Origin: Oscillospiraceae bacterium
GTDB lineage: Bacteria > Bacillota > Clostridia > Oscillospirales > Ruminococcaceae
Length of the DNA: 64,000 bases
Direction: 5' to 3'
Assembly (NCBI GenBank): GCA_045541055.1
Contig: JAZQIL010000183.1
Location: 4,878-68,877 of the forward strand
Both the position numbers and the translations under genes were made by a program. Below, piece by piece: positions 62,520 to 64,000 of this stretch. Each line of letters begins with the position of its first letter. The stretch's first letter is position 1. Below the pieces are notes generated by a model, which was not told the DNA's origin, did not search any database, and saw only the letters and a list, made by a program, of their open reading frames with translations.

Positions 62520-64000
62520 ATGAATTTTTTTACAGATACATTTGAAGAATTACCCGATTGGAAACGCTTAACAGAAGCACTCAGGACAAGAGAAACCCCT
62601 GTATGTGTCACAGGTTTGTCTTTGATTCACAAGGCACAGCTTGCTTTAACAGCTTCTAAAAACAGTACAGAACCGATTTTACTGCTGACTGGCTCAGAAG
62701 CTGAAGCAATGAAATTATGTGCTGATATGAACGCAATGGCTGGCGAAACTGTTGCTTTGCACTACCCTGCTAAAGAAATGCTTTTCACTTCCGCTGAAAG
62801 CAAATCTAAAGAATATGAACATGAGCGTTTACATGTATTAAATGCCGTCATCCAAAATCAAATTAAAATTATTGTTTCCGGTACGGAAGCCGTATTACAG
62901 CCGACTATCCCTCCTGAAACACTTAAAAATGCATACCAGATACTGCATCATGAAGATACAATTATATTAAATGATTTTATTCAAAAGATGATTCATGCAG
63001 GCTATATACGCTGTGAAACGGTGGAGGGAAAAGGTCAGTTCTCTGTCAGAGGTGCTATTATAGACATTTACCCTGTGCAGATGCTCCAGCCGGTCAGAAT
63101 AGAACTCTGGGGTGATGAAATTGACAGCATTTCCTATTTCGATACCGAAACACAGAGAAGAACTGAAAAATTAGATTCTGTTATCATTTCTCCGGCTTCT
63201 GAATTATTATATAACCCTCAGGAACTCAAAGAAAAAATTCTCACCCTTTCTTCTAAAGTCCGTGGAAAATATAAAGACCTCATTCAAGCAAATTTTCAGC
63301 ACGATATTGACCGTCTTGAAGCCGGCTTGGAATTGATTAACACAGATAAATATTACAGCTTAATCTATGAGAAAAATTATTATTTAACCGATTATGTTTC
63401 AGGACTGGTAATTTTATGCGAATATGCAGACATTCACCGCCATGCACAGGCATTAAGCGCACAGCACAGGGAAGATTTGCAAATGCTTTATGAACAGGGC
63501 ATTTTATACAGAAACCTTCCTGACGGTATTCTTGCATTTTCAGAATTTCAAGCGCAGATTGCAGAAAGAAACTGCATTTATCTCAGTCAGTTCTTACAAG
63601 GCAGTGAAAGAATCGCTTTCAGAAAAATTATCAGTATGCAAACAATGCAAAATGCTCCTTGGGGCGGTGAAATCCGTCAGCTTCTGGAAGATTTGCAGGA
63701 ATATATTTCTCATAATTACAGAGTTGTCTTAGCAGTCGGCAGTGAAAAAACACTCCCCATTTTAGTCAACGACTTGCAGGAAAGCGGTATCCGGTGCAGT
63801 ATCGCTCAGGAACAGGATACTTGTCCGGAAGGCTTCGTTCTTGTCACAGCTAAAAGTATTTCAGGCGGTTTTTCTTATCCTGAAAATAAAACTGCTTTAA
63901 TCGTTCAGACAAAAATGCACAGCTCCAGAAAACGCCGTCATAAACATAAGGCCGGTATGGAAATTCAAACACTTTCCGACTTGCATACAGGAGATTTAGT
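62520..64000 (+). CDS. mfd: Transcription-repair coupling factor, N-terminal part; the 3' end lies outside the window
   Basis: This ORF is not in the ORF track. The frame is open from the ATG at 62520 (AGGAG 9 nt upstream) to the window end. FSVRGAIIDIYPVQMLQPVRIELWGDEIDSISYFDTETQRR is the UvrB-homology region of Mfd, and pth-mfd synteny is conserved in Firmicutes. Confidence 0.88.
   Translation, partial: MNFFTDTFEELPDWKRLTEALRTRETPVCVTGLSLIHKAQLALTASKNSTEPILLLTGSEAEAMKLCADMNAMAGETVALHYPAKEMLFTSAESKSKEYEHERLHVLNAVIQNQIKIIVSGTEAVLQPTIPPETLKNAYQILHHEDTIILNDFIQKMIHAGYIRCETVEGKGQFSVRGAIIDIYPVQMLQPVRIELWGDEIDSISYFDTETQRRTEKLDSVIISPASELLYNPQELKEKILTLSSKVRGKYKDLIQANFQHDIDRLEAGLELINTDKYYSLIYEKNYYLTDYVSGLVILCEYADIHRHAQALSAQHREDLQMLYEQGILYRNLPDGILAFSEFQAQIAERNCIYLSQFLQGSERIAFRKIISMQTMQNAPWGGEIRQLLEDLQEYISHNYRVVLAVGSEKTLPILVNDLQESGIRCSIAQEQDTCPEGFVLVTAKSISGGFSYPENKTALIVQTKMHSSRKRRHKHKAGMEIQTLSDLHTGDL

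Overview
This window looks like a chromosomal segment from a low-GC Firmicute of the Ruminococcus / Oscillospiraceae type. The organism appears to make a cellulosome and also carries spore-germination genes. I count about 45 protein genes. I found no rRNA, tRNA, CRISPR array, transposase or integrase.

The main feature is a three-gene scaffoldin locus on the minus strand (15257..5515). It has a consensus promoter and a terminator. It encodes, in order:
- a cohesin+dockerin adaptor (ScaC-like)
- a 641-aa protein with an unassigned N-terminal domain, a cohesin and a dockerin (ScaA-like)
- a 2249-aa scaffoldin with 11 cohesins of three sequence classes plus a C-terminal X-module/dockerin (ScaB-like)

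This matches the scaC-scaA-scaB order of Ruminococcus flavefaciens. Here, however, the locus ends at a terminator and is followed by a convergent aroB-aroA-aroC unit. No cttA- or scaE-like gene follows.

Ten ORFs in the window carry dockerins:
- the three scaffoldins
- two BspA-type LRR proteins
- two CAP/SCP-domain proteins
- two proteins of unknown fold
- a CBM22-GH10-CBM22-dockerin-GH43-CBM6 xylanase

By eye the dockerins fall into at least four sequence classes, which suggests an assembly wiring that could be tested.

The remaining genes are housekeeping or accessory:
- gerA-type germinant receptor operon, CapA-family lipoprotein, maa, GTP-PEPCK, dusB
- DUF421/DUF4363, an HD-domain protein, an AI-2E transporter
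- groES-groEL with a perfect CIRCE operator
- OmpR/HK two-component system plus an HtrA-like protease, a GGDEF-EAL protein, HlyIII, PFK, DegV
- DUF1846, pyrG, a ROK regulator, a CDF transporter, an FN3 surface protein with a variant sorting signal, an AEC transporter
- two transglutaminase-like paralogues, pth, and the 5' part of mfd

Several ORF-track starts were shortened where an RBS, signal peptide or promoter position supported it. All domain calls come from reading motifs in the translations. No database search was run.
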